A stretch of DNA of 57,230 bases. It comes from a virus (lineage: Duplodnaviria > Caudoviricetes). The DNA lies in IMG/VR virus record IMGVR_UViG_3300026097_000027, positions 1-57,230 of that record; one strand, given 5' to 3'. Positions 17,925-29,100 of this stretch are shown here, in pieces. The number at the start of each line of letters is the position of its first letter. Positions within the stretch are counted from its first letter, which is position 1. Both the position numbers and the translations under genes were made by a program. The notes under the pieces are model-generated. The model was not told the origin of the DNA, ran no database searches, and worked only from the letters and a program-made list of their open reading frames with translations.

Positions 17925-19019
17925 ATGCTAGATTTTGTACAACAATTGTTAGAAAATGATGTGATTTCCGAAGATATGAAATCGGAAATTGAATCTGCTT
18001 GGCAAGGCAAGATTCAAGAAAACCGCGAACAAGTCACACAACAACTTCGTGAAGAATTTGCTCAAAAGTATGAGCATGATAAGACCGCAATGGTTGAAGC
18101 TGTAGAGTCTATGCTAGCTGATCGTTTACAATCAGAACTAGGTGAATTTGCAGAAGACCGCCAAGGACTTATTGAAGCAAAAGCAAAGTATGCTAATAAA
18201 ATGAAGGAAGATGCCAAAACTATGGAATCTTTTGTTCTACACACTTTGAAGAATGAAATTTCTGAACTACACGAAGATCGCAAAGCAATTGCAGAAAATG
18301 TTGGTAAAATCGAAGAGTTTGTAGTAGATGCACTAGCGAAAGAAATCGCAGAATTCTACGCAGACAAAAAGGATCTTGCAGAAACCAAGGTACGCCTGGT
18401 AAAAGAAAGCAAAGCCAAATTCGAAGACATCAAGAAAGCATTTGTTAGCAAGTCAGCTCAACTAGTTGAAGCAACTGTATCAAAAGGACTACGTACCGAA
18501 ATGACACAGTTGAAAGAAGACATTGAAGCGGCTCGCAAGAACGACTTTGGTCGCAGAATTTTTGAAAGTTTTGCTAGCGAATATACAACTTCTTATCTCA
18601 ACGAAAAATCAGAAACTGCTAAAATGCTAAAACTAGTTGCTCAAAAGCAACAAGAACTAGAAGAAGCAGCTAAGATCGTTGCAGAATCCAAAAAAGAAAT
18701 TGAAAGTCGTGAAAAAGAGATTCAGAAAATCAACGAATCAATCCAACGCAAGGAAACAATGAATGAATTGCTAGGACCGTTGAATAGAGACAAACGCGAA
18801 CTAATGAGCGAACTCTTAGAATCTGTTCAAACCGACAAACTACAAACAGCCTTTGACAAGTATCTACCAACCGTTATGGACGGTGGAAGACCTGCCAAGA
18901 AGGCGTTAACCGAGGCGAAAGAAATTACAGGCGATAAAACACAGGCACCACAGCTCGGCGGAGAACAAAAGACCGCTGAAATTTTTGACATCCGCAGGCT
19001 TGCGGGACTAAAAGGTTAA
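17925..19019 (+). CDS. gp22: Prohead scaffold protein, T4 gp22-like
   Basis: Coiled-coil E/K-rich protein between protease and major capsid; GRRIFESF.SE motif. Confidence 0.8.
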   Translation: MLDFVQQLLENDVISEDMKSEIESAWQGKIQENREQVTQQLREEFAQKYEHDKTAMVEAVESMLADRLQSELGEFAEDRQGLIEAKAKYANKMKEDAKTMESFVLHTLKNEISELHEDRKAIAENVGKIEEFVVDALAKEIAEFYADKKDLAETKVRLVKESKAKFEDIKKAFVSKSAQLVEATVSKGLRTEMTQLKEDIEAARKNDFGRRIFESFASEYTTSYLNEKSETAKMLKLVAQKQQELEEAAKIVAESKKEIESREKEIQKINESIQRKETMNELLGPLNRDKRELMSELLESVQTDKLQTAFDKYLPTVMDGGRPAKKALTEAKEITGDKTQAPQLGGEQKTAEIFDIRRLAGLKG

Positions 19020-19032
19020 GGAGATAATCAAA

Positions 19033-20208
19033 ATGTCACAACTACTTGAGTCACGCTGGTCGGAAACCAAAGAGGCACTATTAGAAGGCCTAAATGGTAA
19101 TAAGCGTTCAGTTATGGAGACGACTCTTGAGAACACTCGCAAGTATCTCGCAGAGTCTGCTACAGCTGGTGCTACTTCCGCCGGTAACGTTGCTACTTTA
19201 AATCGTGTAATTCTTCCAGTAATTAGACGTGTAATGCCTACGGTCATTGCTAATGAATTGGTTGGTGTACAGCCAATGACTGGTCCAGTGGGTCAGATCC
19301 ACACACTACGTGTTCGTTATTCTGATAGCTTTGATAGCACATCAGGTACAGACGTAACAGCAGGTGAAGAAGCACTTTCACCATTCAAGATTGCTGAAGG
19401 TTATTCTGGTGCCGCAGCCACTGATCGTGCAGCTAGTACAGCAGCACTCGAAGGCGTAGCTGGTAACAAGTTAAGCATTCAGATCTTGAAGCAAACTGTT
19501 GAAGCAAAAACTCGTAAGTTATCAGCTCGCTGGACTTTCGAAGCTGCACAGGATGCACAAGCTCAGCAAGGTATTGATGTAGAAGCAGAAATTATGGCTG
19601 CTCTTGCTCAAGAAATTACAGCTGAAATTGATCAAGAAGTTCTTGCTTCACTAAGCACACTAGCTGGCACAGCGGCATTGACATATGATCAAGCTGCCGT
19701 ATCAGGTACTGCTACATTTGTTGGTGACGAGCATGCTGCATTAGCTGTTCAAATCAATCGTGTAAGTAACTTGATTGCTCAGCGTACACGTCGTGGCGCT
19801 GGTAACTGGGCTGTTGTTTCACCAACAGTACTAACACTTCTACAAAGTGCTACAACTAGTGCGTTTGCTCGTACTACTGAAGGTACTTTTGAAGCTCCAA
19901 CTAACACTAAGTTTGTTGGTACATTAAACTCAGCAATGCGTGTTTATGTTAACGGCTACGCTACTAGCGATGACGTTATTGTTGGATACAAAGGTTCTTC
20001 AGAATCAGACGCAGCTGCGTTCTACTGCCCATACATCCCATTGATGTCAAGCGGTGTTGTACTAGATCCGTCTACTTTTGAGCCAGTAGTTAGCTTCATG
20101 ACCAGATACGGTTATGTAGAACTAACTAATACAGCATCATCTCTTGGTAATGCTGCTGACTACTTAGGTAAGGTATCTGTAACTTCTGCAAACTTGCGTT
20201 TTGCATAA
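19033..20208 (+). CDS. gp23: Major capsid protein, T4 gp23-like
   Basis: LVGVQPMTGPVGQI, VEAKTRKLSARWTFEAAQD, FYCPYIPL, FEPVVSFMTRYG. Confidence 0.96.
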   Translation: MSQLLESRWSETKEALLEGLNGNKRSVMETTLENTRKYLAESATAGATSAGNVATLNRVILPVIRRVMPTVIANELVGVQPMTGPVGQIHTLRVRYSDSFDSTSGTDVTAGEEALSPFKIAEGYSGAAATDRAASTAALEGVAGNKLSIQILKQTVEAKTRKLSARWTFEAAQDAQAQQGIDVEAEIMAALAQEITAEIDQEVLASLSTLAGTAALTYDQAAVSGTATFVGDEHAALAVQINRVSNLIAQRTRRGAGNWAVVSPTVLTLLQSATTSAFARTTEGTFEAPTNTKFVGTLNSAMRVYVNGYATSDDVIVGYKGSSESDAAAFYCPYIPLMSSGVVLDPSTFEPVVSFMTRYGYVELTNTASSLGNAADYLGKVSVTSANLRFA

Positions 20209-20233
20209 GTTGTAATACACAACACTTAGTACT

Positions 20234-20260
20234 AAAAGGGCTTGCAAAAGCCCTTTTTTT
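20234..20260 (+). terminator. Rho-independent terminator after the major capsid gene
   Basis: AAAAGGGCTT-GCAA-AAGCCCTTTT, with the T run continuing to 20260. Confidence 0.88.
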
Positions 20261-20276
20261 ATGCTTAAATAAAAGT

Positions 20277-20531
20277 ATGAAAACAGACTTTTCGGATATT
20301 AGAGATCATGTTAAACGCTACAAGAAGCGTTTTCCTATGTTTCTCAAAGATATTAGAAGAATCGAAAATACAATAGAAAACCACATCAAACTACACAGTC
20401 AGTATCTTGTAAAATACAAACAAACACATTCTAACAAATATTTAGAAAAAGCACAAGCTGAAATAGATCAAATCAACAATCTCCTTAAACTAATCGACAA
20501 AATTGAGCTAATGGCTATGCTAGCCAAATAG
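20277..20531 (+). CDS. Hypothetical protein
   Basis: 84-aa helical ORF preceded by CTTAAATA (20264-20271). Confidence 0.65.
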   Translation: MKTDFSDIRDHVKRYKKRFPMFLKDIRRIENTIENHIKLHSQYLVKYKQTHSNKYLEKAQAEIDQINNLLKLIDKIELMAMLAK

Positions 20532-20537
20532 CTTTTA

Positions 20538-20629
20538 GATAAATACTTTTGTCATAGAGCGTGCCTCTAAGATGAGGACTTATGCGGACCCACCGCGTAG
20601 ACCTAGAACGTCAACATAAGGAGAAAATA
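20538..20629 (+). promoter_or_regulatory. Late promoter GATAAATA plus structured 5' leader
   Basis: Promoter at 20538-20545; stems CCTC/GAGG (20564-20577) and TATGCGG/CCGCGTA (20581-20599); SD AAGGAG at 20618-20623. Confidence 0.55.
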
Positions 20630-21070
20630 ATGGGACGTCCAATTCAAAAAAGAAAAATCGGTTTAGGATCTGCAAAGATCGAAGTAACTGCTGCTAGATT
20701 TAGTGCCGGTGGTGTTGTAACTAGTTCAATTGATAATCAACTATATATCGACCGTCAGCGCGGTTCATTACAGTTTCTTATTAAAGATAGAAACGGTACA
20801 GTGTCTGAAAAATTAAAGCTAGTAGGAAAAGCAACTCCTGGAGTTGGTGAATTTACTATTTCTGTAACAATCGACGACGATGCCGATGGTGCACTTAACG
20901 ATTCTGCTGTTTACTATGTAACAAAATTGCACAACAAAACAGTAAGTTGTCAACCAGACAGTGATGCTTCAAATATGATTCACTTGCCTTATCAGTTAAC
21001 TACTGAAGGTCAAGACGAAGGTATTTTAGGCGACGGCTTTACTTTAGCAAACATCGACGTACAAAAGTAA
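20630..21070 (+). CDS. Virion structural protein (hypothetical)
   Basis: Start moved to ATG 20630 (MGRPIQKRK), after the SD. First gene of the late fibre/structural run. Confidence 0.65.
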   Translation: MGRPIQKRKIGLGSAKIEVTAARFSAGGVVTSSIDNQLYIDRQRGSLQFLIKDRNGTVSEKLKLVGKATPGVGEFTISVTIDDDADGALNDSAVYYVTKLHNKTVSCQPDSDASNMIHLPYQLTTEGQDEGILGDGFTLANIDVQK

Positions 21071-21078
21071 GGTAACCT

Positions 21079-22047
21079 ATGGGCCAGTTCATTCAAACCA
21101 ATGGTGATTACACCATCAAAACAGCAGAAGAAGGTACGATTAAACTTGATACCGGAGCTGGCGTAGGCGAAGTAAGAGTCACCGGAAACCTAATTGTCGA
21201 AGGTGATACTCTTACTGTTAGTGCTGAAAATCTAAATGTAAATGATAATGTTATTGTCTTAAACTTCGGTGAAACCGGTGCTGGAGTATCGTTAAGATAT
21301 TCTGGTATTCAGGTTGACAGAGGAACATTACAGCCGGGTAGTTTTGTATTTGACGATAATGATGATACTTGGAATTTTTCAATTGGATCTCCAGAAGGAA
21401 CTTTTAACTATGACGAAAGTAACATTCGTGTAAGAAGAATTAAAACCAATCCAGACACAGATAACGGCGATCTTACTCTCGTTGGAGTAGGAACTGGTGT
21501 TGTTAAAGTCTCAGGTACAACCAACTATGAGTTACAAATAACCGACGACGATGACATACCTAATAAAAAATATGTCGACGATGCAATTAGAAGTAATCCA
21601 ACATTTCAAATTGTAGATGATGATACTCGAGTAATAGTGACTGATACAAATATTTCAGGTTCGGAAGCATTTTTATTAGATGAAACAGGCCAAAGCACAT
21701 TTGGCGAAAGTGGAGTTTCTGTCATAGTTGATAATACATTATCTGCCCAATTTTATGCAAGCAGAGTTGTTTTTAAAGATATTGAAATCGTTAACAACGA
21801 AATCACAACCAACGGATTAACTAACGAAAATATTTTTGTTAGAACGCAAGGCACTGGTAAACTACAAACAAACTACGGTTTGCAGATAGAAAAAATATCA
21901 ACAACTCCTGCATTCGTTAGTGATTCAGTAATAACATACGCTGCCGAACCTGATCTAGGAGAAACTGGATTATTCTTTACAAATTCCGTAGGTACCGGCG
22001 AATTAATCAGTAAAAGAAAAGCTGTACTTTATAGTATGATATTTTAA
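21079..22047 (+). CDS. Virion structural / fibre-associated protein
   Basis: Beta-rich G/T/D/N composition (VTGNLIVEG, GIQVDRG, IPNKKYVD) typical of phage fibre proteins. Confidence 0.6.
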   Translation: MGQFIQTNGDYTIKTAEEGTIKLDTGAGVGEVRVTGNLIVEGDTLTVSAENLNVNDNVIVLNFGETGAGVSLRYSGIQVDRGTLQPGSFVFDDNDDTWNFSIGSPEGTFNYDESNIRVRRIKTNPDTDNGDLTLVGVGTGVVKVSGTTNYELQITDDDDIPNKKYVDDAIRSNPTFQIVDDDTRVIVTDTNISGSEAFLLDETGQSTFGESGVSVIVDNTLSAQFYASRVVFKDIEIVNNEITTNGLTNENIFVRTQGTGKLQTNYGLQIEKISTTPAFVSDSVITYAAEPDLGETGLFFTNSVGTGELISKRKAVLYSMIF

Positions 22048-22056
22048 GAGAACAAT

Positions 22057-22458
22057 ATGATAAGAAATTATGAAAATCCTGAAGGAACGATCGATTTAGT
22101 AGATTCAACTAATGTCGAAGTTCCCGTAAAAGTGTTTACAAGTTCGTCAACAGGCGCTCCGATTGCAGGCGCAGTTACTGGGCAAACAAATGCTATCACA
22201 ACTATGGTATTATGTAATACTGGTACACCTAGTCAAGTTGACGAAAGTATCAATGAAGTATATGTTAGTATCTATGTTGTAAGATCGGGAAAGAGTTATA
22301 CAGCTGGAAATGCTATAGTAAGCAATTTATTAATCCCTGCAGGCGAAACTGTATTCTTTAGTGATGAAAAAATTATTTTAGAAAGCGGTGATGCTATTTG
22401 GATTGGTACAAGTGCTGCAGATTTAATTAGTGTAACTGTGAGTGCATTAGAAGTATGA
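22057..22458 (+). CDS. Small virion beta-sandwich protein
   Basis: Shares the ...IP......EK.IL..GD pattern with 25451-25783 and 39642-39965 (paralogous family). Confidence 0.55.
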   Translation: MIRNYENPEGTIDLVDSTNVEVPVKVFTSSSTGAPIAGAVTGQTNAITTMVLCNTGTPSQVDESINEVYVSIYVVRSGKSYTAGNAIVSNLLIPAGETVFFSDEKIILESGDAIWIGTSAADLISVTVSALEV

Positions 22459-22985
22459 AGTTTTTAAAATCACAAAATACATCTAGATACAGCCCAAGTG
22501 ATAATAGTTTTCAAATAAATCCTTACGGCCGTGCTGTGTTAGATATTAACGGAGGTTTAATGCTTCCTAAAGGCGGCGCTGCAGAAAGACCAGACACAGT
22601 TGGAGTTAGACAACCCGTAGACGGAAACGGCTATATTAGATATAATACTGATACAAACAGTATCGAAGCAACAATTGACGGCGTTTGGCAGGTAGTGACA
22701 GCTCCGGCAGGTAGTGCTGTAGTTTTACAAACACTAGGACCAGGGGACGGTGACGAAACAGTGTTTGGACCGTTAACTGTTCCGCCGGCAAATCAAAATA
22801 ACATTATTGTATTAGTTGAGAATGTGTTCCAAATTCCTACCACAAACTTCAATGTCGAACAAAATGTTGCGGGCAGTTTAAGTGGACCGAATGCTCCTTA
22901 CTCTCCTGACGGATCATATCTAGTTTTTACATCACCTGTACCATTTTCTAAGTTTATCACTGTATATTCAGGATTTGCAGGCTAA
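22455..22985 (+). CDS. Virion structural protein
   Basis: LPKG..AERP...GYIRYNTD...E.....W motif found in fibre-joint domains. Confidence 0.55.
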   Translation: MKFLKSQNTSRYSPSDNSFQINPYGRAVLDINGGLMLPKGGAAERPDTVGVRQPVDGNGYIRYNTDTNSIEATIDGVWQVVTAPAGSAVVLQTLGPGDGDETVFGPLTVPPANQNNIIVLVENVFQIPTTNFNVEQNVAGSLSGPNAPYSPDGSYLVFTSPVPFSKFITVYSGFAG

Positions 22986-24277
22986 TGTCACAAGTAGGTA
23001 GAATAGGTGGCCATCTTCTTAATCCTAATCTAGAAAGAAATGGTGTCGATTTAGCTTTTAAAAATACAGCATTTGACGACTCTATTCTATATCTACAAGT
23101 TGATCCTCAGATTAACACAGTTGTTAACGCAACTGATATGCAAGCTGGTGTATTATATAAAATTCGAACAGTTGGCACAACGAATTTTACAACTGTAGGA
23201 TTTCCAAACAATAATCCTGGAACAATTTTTAGACCAATCGGATCAGCCACAGGCGACGGCGATGTATATCTATTAGATGATGATAACGATCCTAATCCTA
23301 CTAGCGGAAGCGGATCTAAAATTGGTATAAACACTGAAAATCCAGTATATGATTTCGATATTAACAGTAACATATCAACTACTAATTTTATAATCGGAAC
23401 ACAAGGGTATATCGACAATGTTACATTAAACTCGTCAGATACTTTCTCAACAGTTACAGGACCGTTAAATATCACACCAGCTCAAAGTAATCCTTTAATT
23501 ACTGCTGGAAAATTGATATCTGATAATTTGCAGTTTAATGATAATACTATTTCTAGTTTTTCTAATTCAGATATAGTATTTGACAATAACGGCACAGGTA
23601 GACTAATACTTTCATCAAATACTACAATAAATGGGGATCTAACTACTACTGGTAATATACTATTAGATGGAAATTTATCAGCAGCTGAAAATATTATTGT
23701 AGGGGATACTCCACTTGACACGGTTACTGTAGGTACGGATTTCACACAAACTTTAGAACCTGCTGCAGATATTACATATGATATCGGATCACCAAATAAA
23801 CGATGGGCTAATCTATGGTCTGATGATTGGCAAACTGCCGATACATTAATAATAACTGGAATGATAATTTCAGATCAGATACGAATTGACGGAAATGCAG
23901 GCGGAGAAATATTTGCACTACAATCAAATGACGGAGTTCTTTTGAATCCAGATACTGGTGTAACTTTTATAGAAAATACCAAGTGGGAAACAAATAATAT
24001 TACTAATTTGTTAAACACTCCTTTAACATTTACTAGTACAGGAATCGGATATCTTCGCTTTATGGGCGATAACGGGTTTGTTATTCCTGCAGGTGATAAT
24101 GCTAGTAGACCTTCAACTCCCGAAGTAGCCGACACTCGTTGGAATACTGAACAAGAACGACTAGAATGTTTCGATGCTGTTACCGGAACATACATTACAT
24201 CAATTGGTCCTGGTGATGTTATTACTCAAGAAACTATGGAAGAATTAGGCAATATTTACAGTCTCATCTTAGGATAA
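22985..24277 (+). CDS. Tail fibre-like structural protein
   Basis: Paralog of 24394-25446 (VGRIGG.LL..NL.R.GVDLAF start; P.G....RP...RWNT...LE; ends LILG). Confidence 0.6.
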   Translation: MSQVGRIGGHLLNPNLERNGVDLAFKNTAFDDSILYLQVDPQINTVVNATDMQAGVLYKIRTVGTTNFTTVGFPNNNPGTIFRPIGSATGDGDVYLLDDDNDPNPTSGSGSKIGINTENPVYDFDINSNISTTNFIIGTQGYIDNVTLNSSDTFSTVTGPLNITPAQSNPLITAGKLISDNLQFNDNTISSFSNSDIVFDNNGTGRLILSSNTTINGDLTTTGNILLDGNLSAAENIIVGDTPLDTVTVGTDFTQTLEPAADITYDIGSPNKRWANLWSDDWQTADTLIITGMIISDQIRIDGNAGGEIFALQSNDGVLLNPDTGVTFIENTKWETNNITNLLNTPLTFTSTGIGYLRFMGDNGFVIPAGDNASRPSTPEVADTRWNTEQERLECFDAVTGTYITSIGPGDVITQETMEELGNIYSLILG

Positions 24278-24289
24278 ATCCACTTTCCG

Positions 24290-24393
24290 ACTAAATACTA
24301 TTGTCAGCATAGACCAATGCTGATCTTTTACTGTGGTCAACCCGCAATGCAAGGTGGTTGGAGGGACAGGATCCCCGGTTGTAAGGAGAGCGC
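24290..24393 (+). promoter_or_regulatory. Late promoter ACTAAATA plus structured 5' leader with possible pseudoknot
   Basis: Promoter at 24290-24297. Hairpin TCAGCAT/ATGCTGA (24304-24323) whose loop GACCA can pair with TGGTC (24334-24338). Further stems precede SD AAGGAG at 24383-24388. Confidence 0.6.
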
Positions 24394-25446
24394 ATGGCGA
24401 TTGGTCGTATTAGTGGTCCGCTCTTAAAGGCTAATCTGGTACGCGATGGCGTCGATTTAGCATTTGAGACAGACCTTCTCTATTTAGATGTTAACAACGC
24501 TCGAATAGGTGTTAACAACTCTGCTCCTACGACTGACCTCGATGTTAACGGTACAACCCGTAGTACAAACCTTACTGTAGATAATCAATTAGATATCGGT
24601 AATTTAACTATTACTGGTAACACTATTAGTACCTCTGCTTCAACTATTAATTTTACTGCCGCTGGCGGCGAAGCTGTTGTTTATAACTCTAGATTGCAAA
24701 TCGACGATATTGAAGTTATAGGCAACACTATTAAAACTATTAATAGTAATGCTGATTTAGAACTAACACCAAACGGATCAGGAGAGATAGTTGTTAACTC
24801 GTCAACAACTATCAACGGAAATTTATATGTTACTGGGAATGTCAACACTGATGGTAATGTAACCATTGGCGGAAACATTACTATAGGCGACGAACTTACA
24901 GACACTATTACTATTAATGCTAGTATAACATCTGATTTAATTCCAGAAACTGATAATATTTACGATATCGGATCTCTAGGATTAAGATGGAATAACATAT
25001 ATGTTAACAACTTTAACACTAGTTCGTTTAATACTCCTACATTAGATGTAGGTGATATTAGTTTTAGAGACAACGAAATTTTTACTGATACTGGATTAGA
25101 TTTAATTCTATACGGTAACGGTACAGGCGGAGTACAATTAGGTAATTTTAAAATAACTGGCAATGTAATTGAAAATGTTGCAAATAATCAAATCACACAG
25201 ATTTTACAAAGTGGAACTGGTTATTTTAAAATTGATACAACAAACGGATTTGTTCCTCCTAGAGGAAACGATGCACAAAGACCTTCAGCATATGCTGTAT
25301 TAGGAATGACAAGATACAACACAAATTCTAGAGCATTAGAAATTTGGAATGGTAGTACTTGGGCAAGTCCTGCAGGCGCAAGTGGCGCGGTATCAGAAAT
25401 TCAAGCAAATGACATATCAGCGTCGTTTGCATTAATGTTAGGATAA
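24394..25446 (+). CDS. Tail fibre-like structural protein
   Basis: MAIGRISGPLLKANLVRDGVDLAFETDLLYLDV..RIGVN, repeated ITGN beta motifs; ends LMLG. Confidence 0.65.
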   Translation: MAIGRISGPLLKANLVRDGVDLAFETDLLYLDVNNARIGVNNSAPTTDLDVNGTTRSTNLTVDNQLDIGNLTITGNTISTSASTINFTAAGGEAVVYNSRLQIDDIEVIGNTIKTINSNADLELTPNGSGEIVVNSSTTINGNLYVTGNVNTDGNVTIGGNITIGDELTDTITINASITSDLIPETDNIYDIGSLGLRWNNIYVNNFNTSSFNTPTLDVGDISFRDNEIFTDTGLDLILYGNGTGGVQLGNFKITGNVIENVANNQITQILQSGTGYFKIDTTNGFVPPRGNDAQRPSAYAVLGMTRYNTNSRALEIWNGSTWASPAGASGAVSEIQANDISASFALMLG

Positions 25447-25450
25447 AGAA

Positions 25451-25783
25451 ATGCCAACAGTTTTTAGACATGCAGTTAATACAAACATAGGAATAGCTCC
25501 AGTCGATGTAGTGCAAATTCCTTTAGGAGTTAGAGCTACTGTCATCGGATGTAACTTATCAAATGTTACACAATATGATACTGTAGTAGTAAATGTATTT
25601 GTTGTTGATGAAAACTCAACGCAAGGAAATTATGTAAGATCAATACCGATACCTCCAAATACTAGTTTAAAATTAATTACACAAGGCGAAAAATTAATTT
25701 TGCCAGAAACAGCTGGGCTTCGTATACAGAGTGATGTTGATGATAGTATTGATGCTGTTGTAAGTTATGTAGAGATATCATAA
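25451..25783 (+). CDS. Small virion beta-sandwich protein
   Basis: Paralog of 22057-22458 and 39642-39965. Confidence 0.55.
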   Translation: MPTVFRHAVNTNIGIAPVDVVQIPLGVRATVIGCNLSNVTQYDTVVVNVFVVDENSTQGNYVRSIPIPPNTSLKLITQGEKLILPETAGLRIQSDVDDSIDAVVSYVEIS

Positions 25784-25792
25784 GGAATTGTT

Positions 25793-26155
25793 ATGTCAAA
25801 CTATTATTTAGGTAGAAATCCAGACGACATTTTAGGCGAAGGTACTAGATATTTCTATGGATTGAGAAGAAATGATGATGGAGAATTATTTTTAGTAAGG
25901 GTTGATTTAGTTATTGATCAAGATGTTGTAGAAGTAAATGCTCCAGGTGATCCGGCAGAAACATTTGAAGATTTTGAAGAGGGTATTGATTACTTTGAAG
26001 GAATATCTCTCGATCATGAAATTGAATTTGAAAATTTAATATATCCTCAATATCGTTGGGATAATAGAAGTATTTTTTATTACATCGATGAAGAAGGTAG
26101 ACTAGTACAAAGAATTAATAGAGGATACGAGTATCCCACAGGCGTATCATCGTAA
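25793..26155 (+). CDS. Hypothetical virion protein
   Basis: 120-aa ORF with SD AAGGA inside the structural operon. Confidence 0.6.
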   Translation: MSNYYLGRNPDDILGEGTRYFYGLRRNDDGELFLVRVDLVIDQDVVEVNAPGDPAETFEDFEEGIDYFEGISLDHEIEFENLIYPQYRWDNRSIFYYIDEEGRLVQRINRGYEYPTGVSS

Positions 26156-26169
26156 AATAGGATTAAATA

Positions 26170-29100
26170 ATGGCTGAATTTAAGATAAGCAGAATTAGAT
26201 ATACTTGGCGAGGCACATGGTCTACGGCAACAACATATAATAAAGATGATGTTGTTAGGTTTGGCGCCGGCTCTTGGGTTTGTATTAGACAACACACAGC
26301 TACAGCTTTCCAATCAGACTTAACATTTGTACCTGTTGGCGATACAGTTGTACAGCCAGCCTGGGTTAAAATGACCGACGGTTATCAATGGCGAGATGCT
26401 TGGGAAACTGGTGTTCTTTATAATCCTGGTGATATTGTATTATTTGGAGGGGCTGTTTATCTTGCGGAAACGTCTCACACTTCAAGCAGTTTTAATAGTC
26501 AGTTATCCAATTGGACAATTTATGCGCTATCGTCTAAGTGGAATAACATATGGGTATCTGGAACAATATATGGTTTAAATGATATTGTAAGATATCGCGG
26601 AACAGTTTATCGTTGCGTTAGCGGGCACACTGCAGGCAGTGCGCTAGAAGATGATCAAAGTAAATGGCAAATTGTTTATTCTGGTGTAGAATATAGATCT
26701 GCTTGGGCCACAGCAACAAGATATGCTGTTAATGATCTCGTAAAATACGGTGGATCTGTTTATAGATGCAATACTGGACACACTTCTGAATCAACATTTG
26801 ACGATGCTGTTTGGGATATTGAATTTAACGGACAAGAATTTGGCGGAGAGTGGAATTATCTTACAGTTTATCAGATCGGCGATGTTGTAAAACATGGTGG
26901 ATATCTATATTATTCGTTAACTAATAATGTCGACAGTAATCCCGCAAATTATACATTACCATCTGGATCGACAGATTGGACTCTTTTATCAAATGCCGTT
27001 AATCCTCGAGGAAATTGGATTGCTACGGAAACTTATAAAACAGGCGATCTAGTAAGAATTGGCGGAATACTATATGTTGCAAAGCAAGACACAACCGGCG
27101 ATGGTAGTACATTAACTTATCTTGACAGCGGAAGTTGGGAAATTATAGTACCTGGTACAGAATGGAAAAATTACTGGGAAGAAGAAACTGTTTATCTTGT
27201 GGGAGATATTGTATTATTTGACGGCAGTGCATATAGCTGTAACTTTGCTCATACAGCCAGTTTAGAGAATTATCCAGGTGATAATGGAAATGGCATAGAT
27301 TATTGGGATTTAATATTATTGGCTGCTGAAAAAACAGCAATGACCGCTAAAGGCGATTTGATTACATTTGGTCTTTCAAGAAGAAGAACCGGCGACGGTA
27401 GTACTTTTGATGTTACAGATGTTCCAATCGGAAATCCTGAAGAAATTTTAGTTGCCAATGAAAATGATAACTTAAACTATAAAGTTTGGGGTAACAGTAC
27501 TAGATTTTTCTATGTAGCACCGAATGGCGTAGATGACGAACTTGACCCAAATAGAGGAATAAATCCATTTAAACCATATAAAACTATTCGATTTGCTTGT
27601 GAAAGAGCCAATGATGGATTTGATGGAGATACTACAGTTTATGCTCAAGCAGGAGAATACGAAGAAATTTTACCAATAATTGTACCTGTTAAAACTGCGG
27701 TTAGGGGACACGAAGAACGTACTACTACTATTAAACCAAATCAACCTATAGCGGCATTAGCTAATGATATTAGTTATACAATTTCGGCTATTAATAGAGT
27801 GTCTACTATTATTCCAGCTTTAGCATTGGGTAGTACTATAACAAAAACTGTAGGAAATACACAAGAACAAGTATTTTTAACTGATGATGTGTTAATACAA
27901 ATTGGGGATTTTGAAACTATTGAAACTAATGATGTAACATCGTCAGCAGATGCAGCTGTCGAAGTTCAAAGTTTAGCAAGTAATTTAATTAATTACATAA
28001 CATTTTACATCAACGGTTTAGGAACTAATCCTACTTTAACAGGTTCAAACAATGCTACTACTGATGCAGATTTATTAAATTTAGCTAGAATTTTAACAGC
28101 TAACAGAGAGTTTTTAGCAGAAGAGGCCGAGGCAGTAGTTGCATTTACTTTTCCAAATTATTCCTTTGATAGAGAATTATTCAAAACCAATTTTCGTAGA
28201 TATATAGATGCATGGATTTATGATATTACATATCCTGGAACTTATAAAACAATATTAGAAGGACGATATTATCGTAACGCTGTATTGGGGTCTAAAACTG
28301 ATGATATGTTTTATGTTAGAGATGCTAGTGGAGTAAGAGCACTAACAGTTGAAGGTCTTGAAGGAACTTTAAACCCAACAGGCGTTTTTGAGTTATTCCA
28401 AAGACCAACTGGCGGAGCTTTTGTTAGTTTAGATCCAGGTTGGGGTCCAGCTGACGAAAGCACATGGATTTTAACAAGATCGCCTTACATTCAAGGTCTA
28501 GCAACGTTTGGGTATGCTGCAATCGGACAAAAGATCGACGGCGCTTTACACAATGGCGGAAACAAATCTATTGTAAGCAACGATTTTACACAGATTATAT
28601 CAGACGGCGTCGGTGCTTGGGTTTTAAACAACGGTAGAGCAGAGCTTGTAAGTGTATTCACATACTATGCTCAGGTAGGATATCTTGCTACAAACGGTGG
28701 AATTATTCGCTCATTAAATGGTAACTGTTCATACGGTAATTATGGTGCATATGCAACAGGAGTTGACCCAACCGAAATACCAAGATCTGCTGTAGTTGAT
28801 AATCGAAATCAGCAAGCCAGTGTAGTTTCAGCATTTGCTGGTGAAGTTAACGACGAAATTCTTATTTTAGAATACAACAATGCTGGTCAAGGGTATACTG
28901 AAGCTACAACATCATTTACCGGTGCTGGGGTAAATGCAGAAGTAGTCAATGACGAGTTTCGTGATAATGGAGTATTTGATGTAAGATTGATCAATCCATT
29001 AGATTCTGGATTTCCTGGAGGCGGCGGATTTACCCAAGTAGGTAACAATGCTCAGGCAGGCGGCCTTACAACAATTACGCTTGCAACCAATGAAGAAAGT

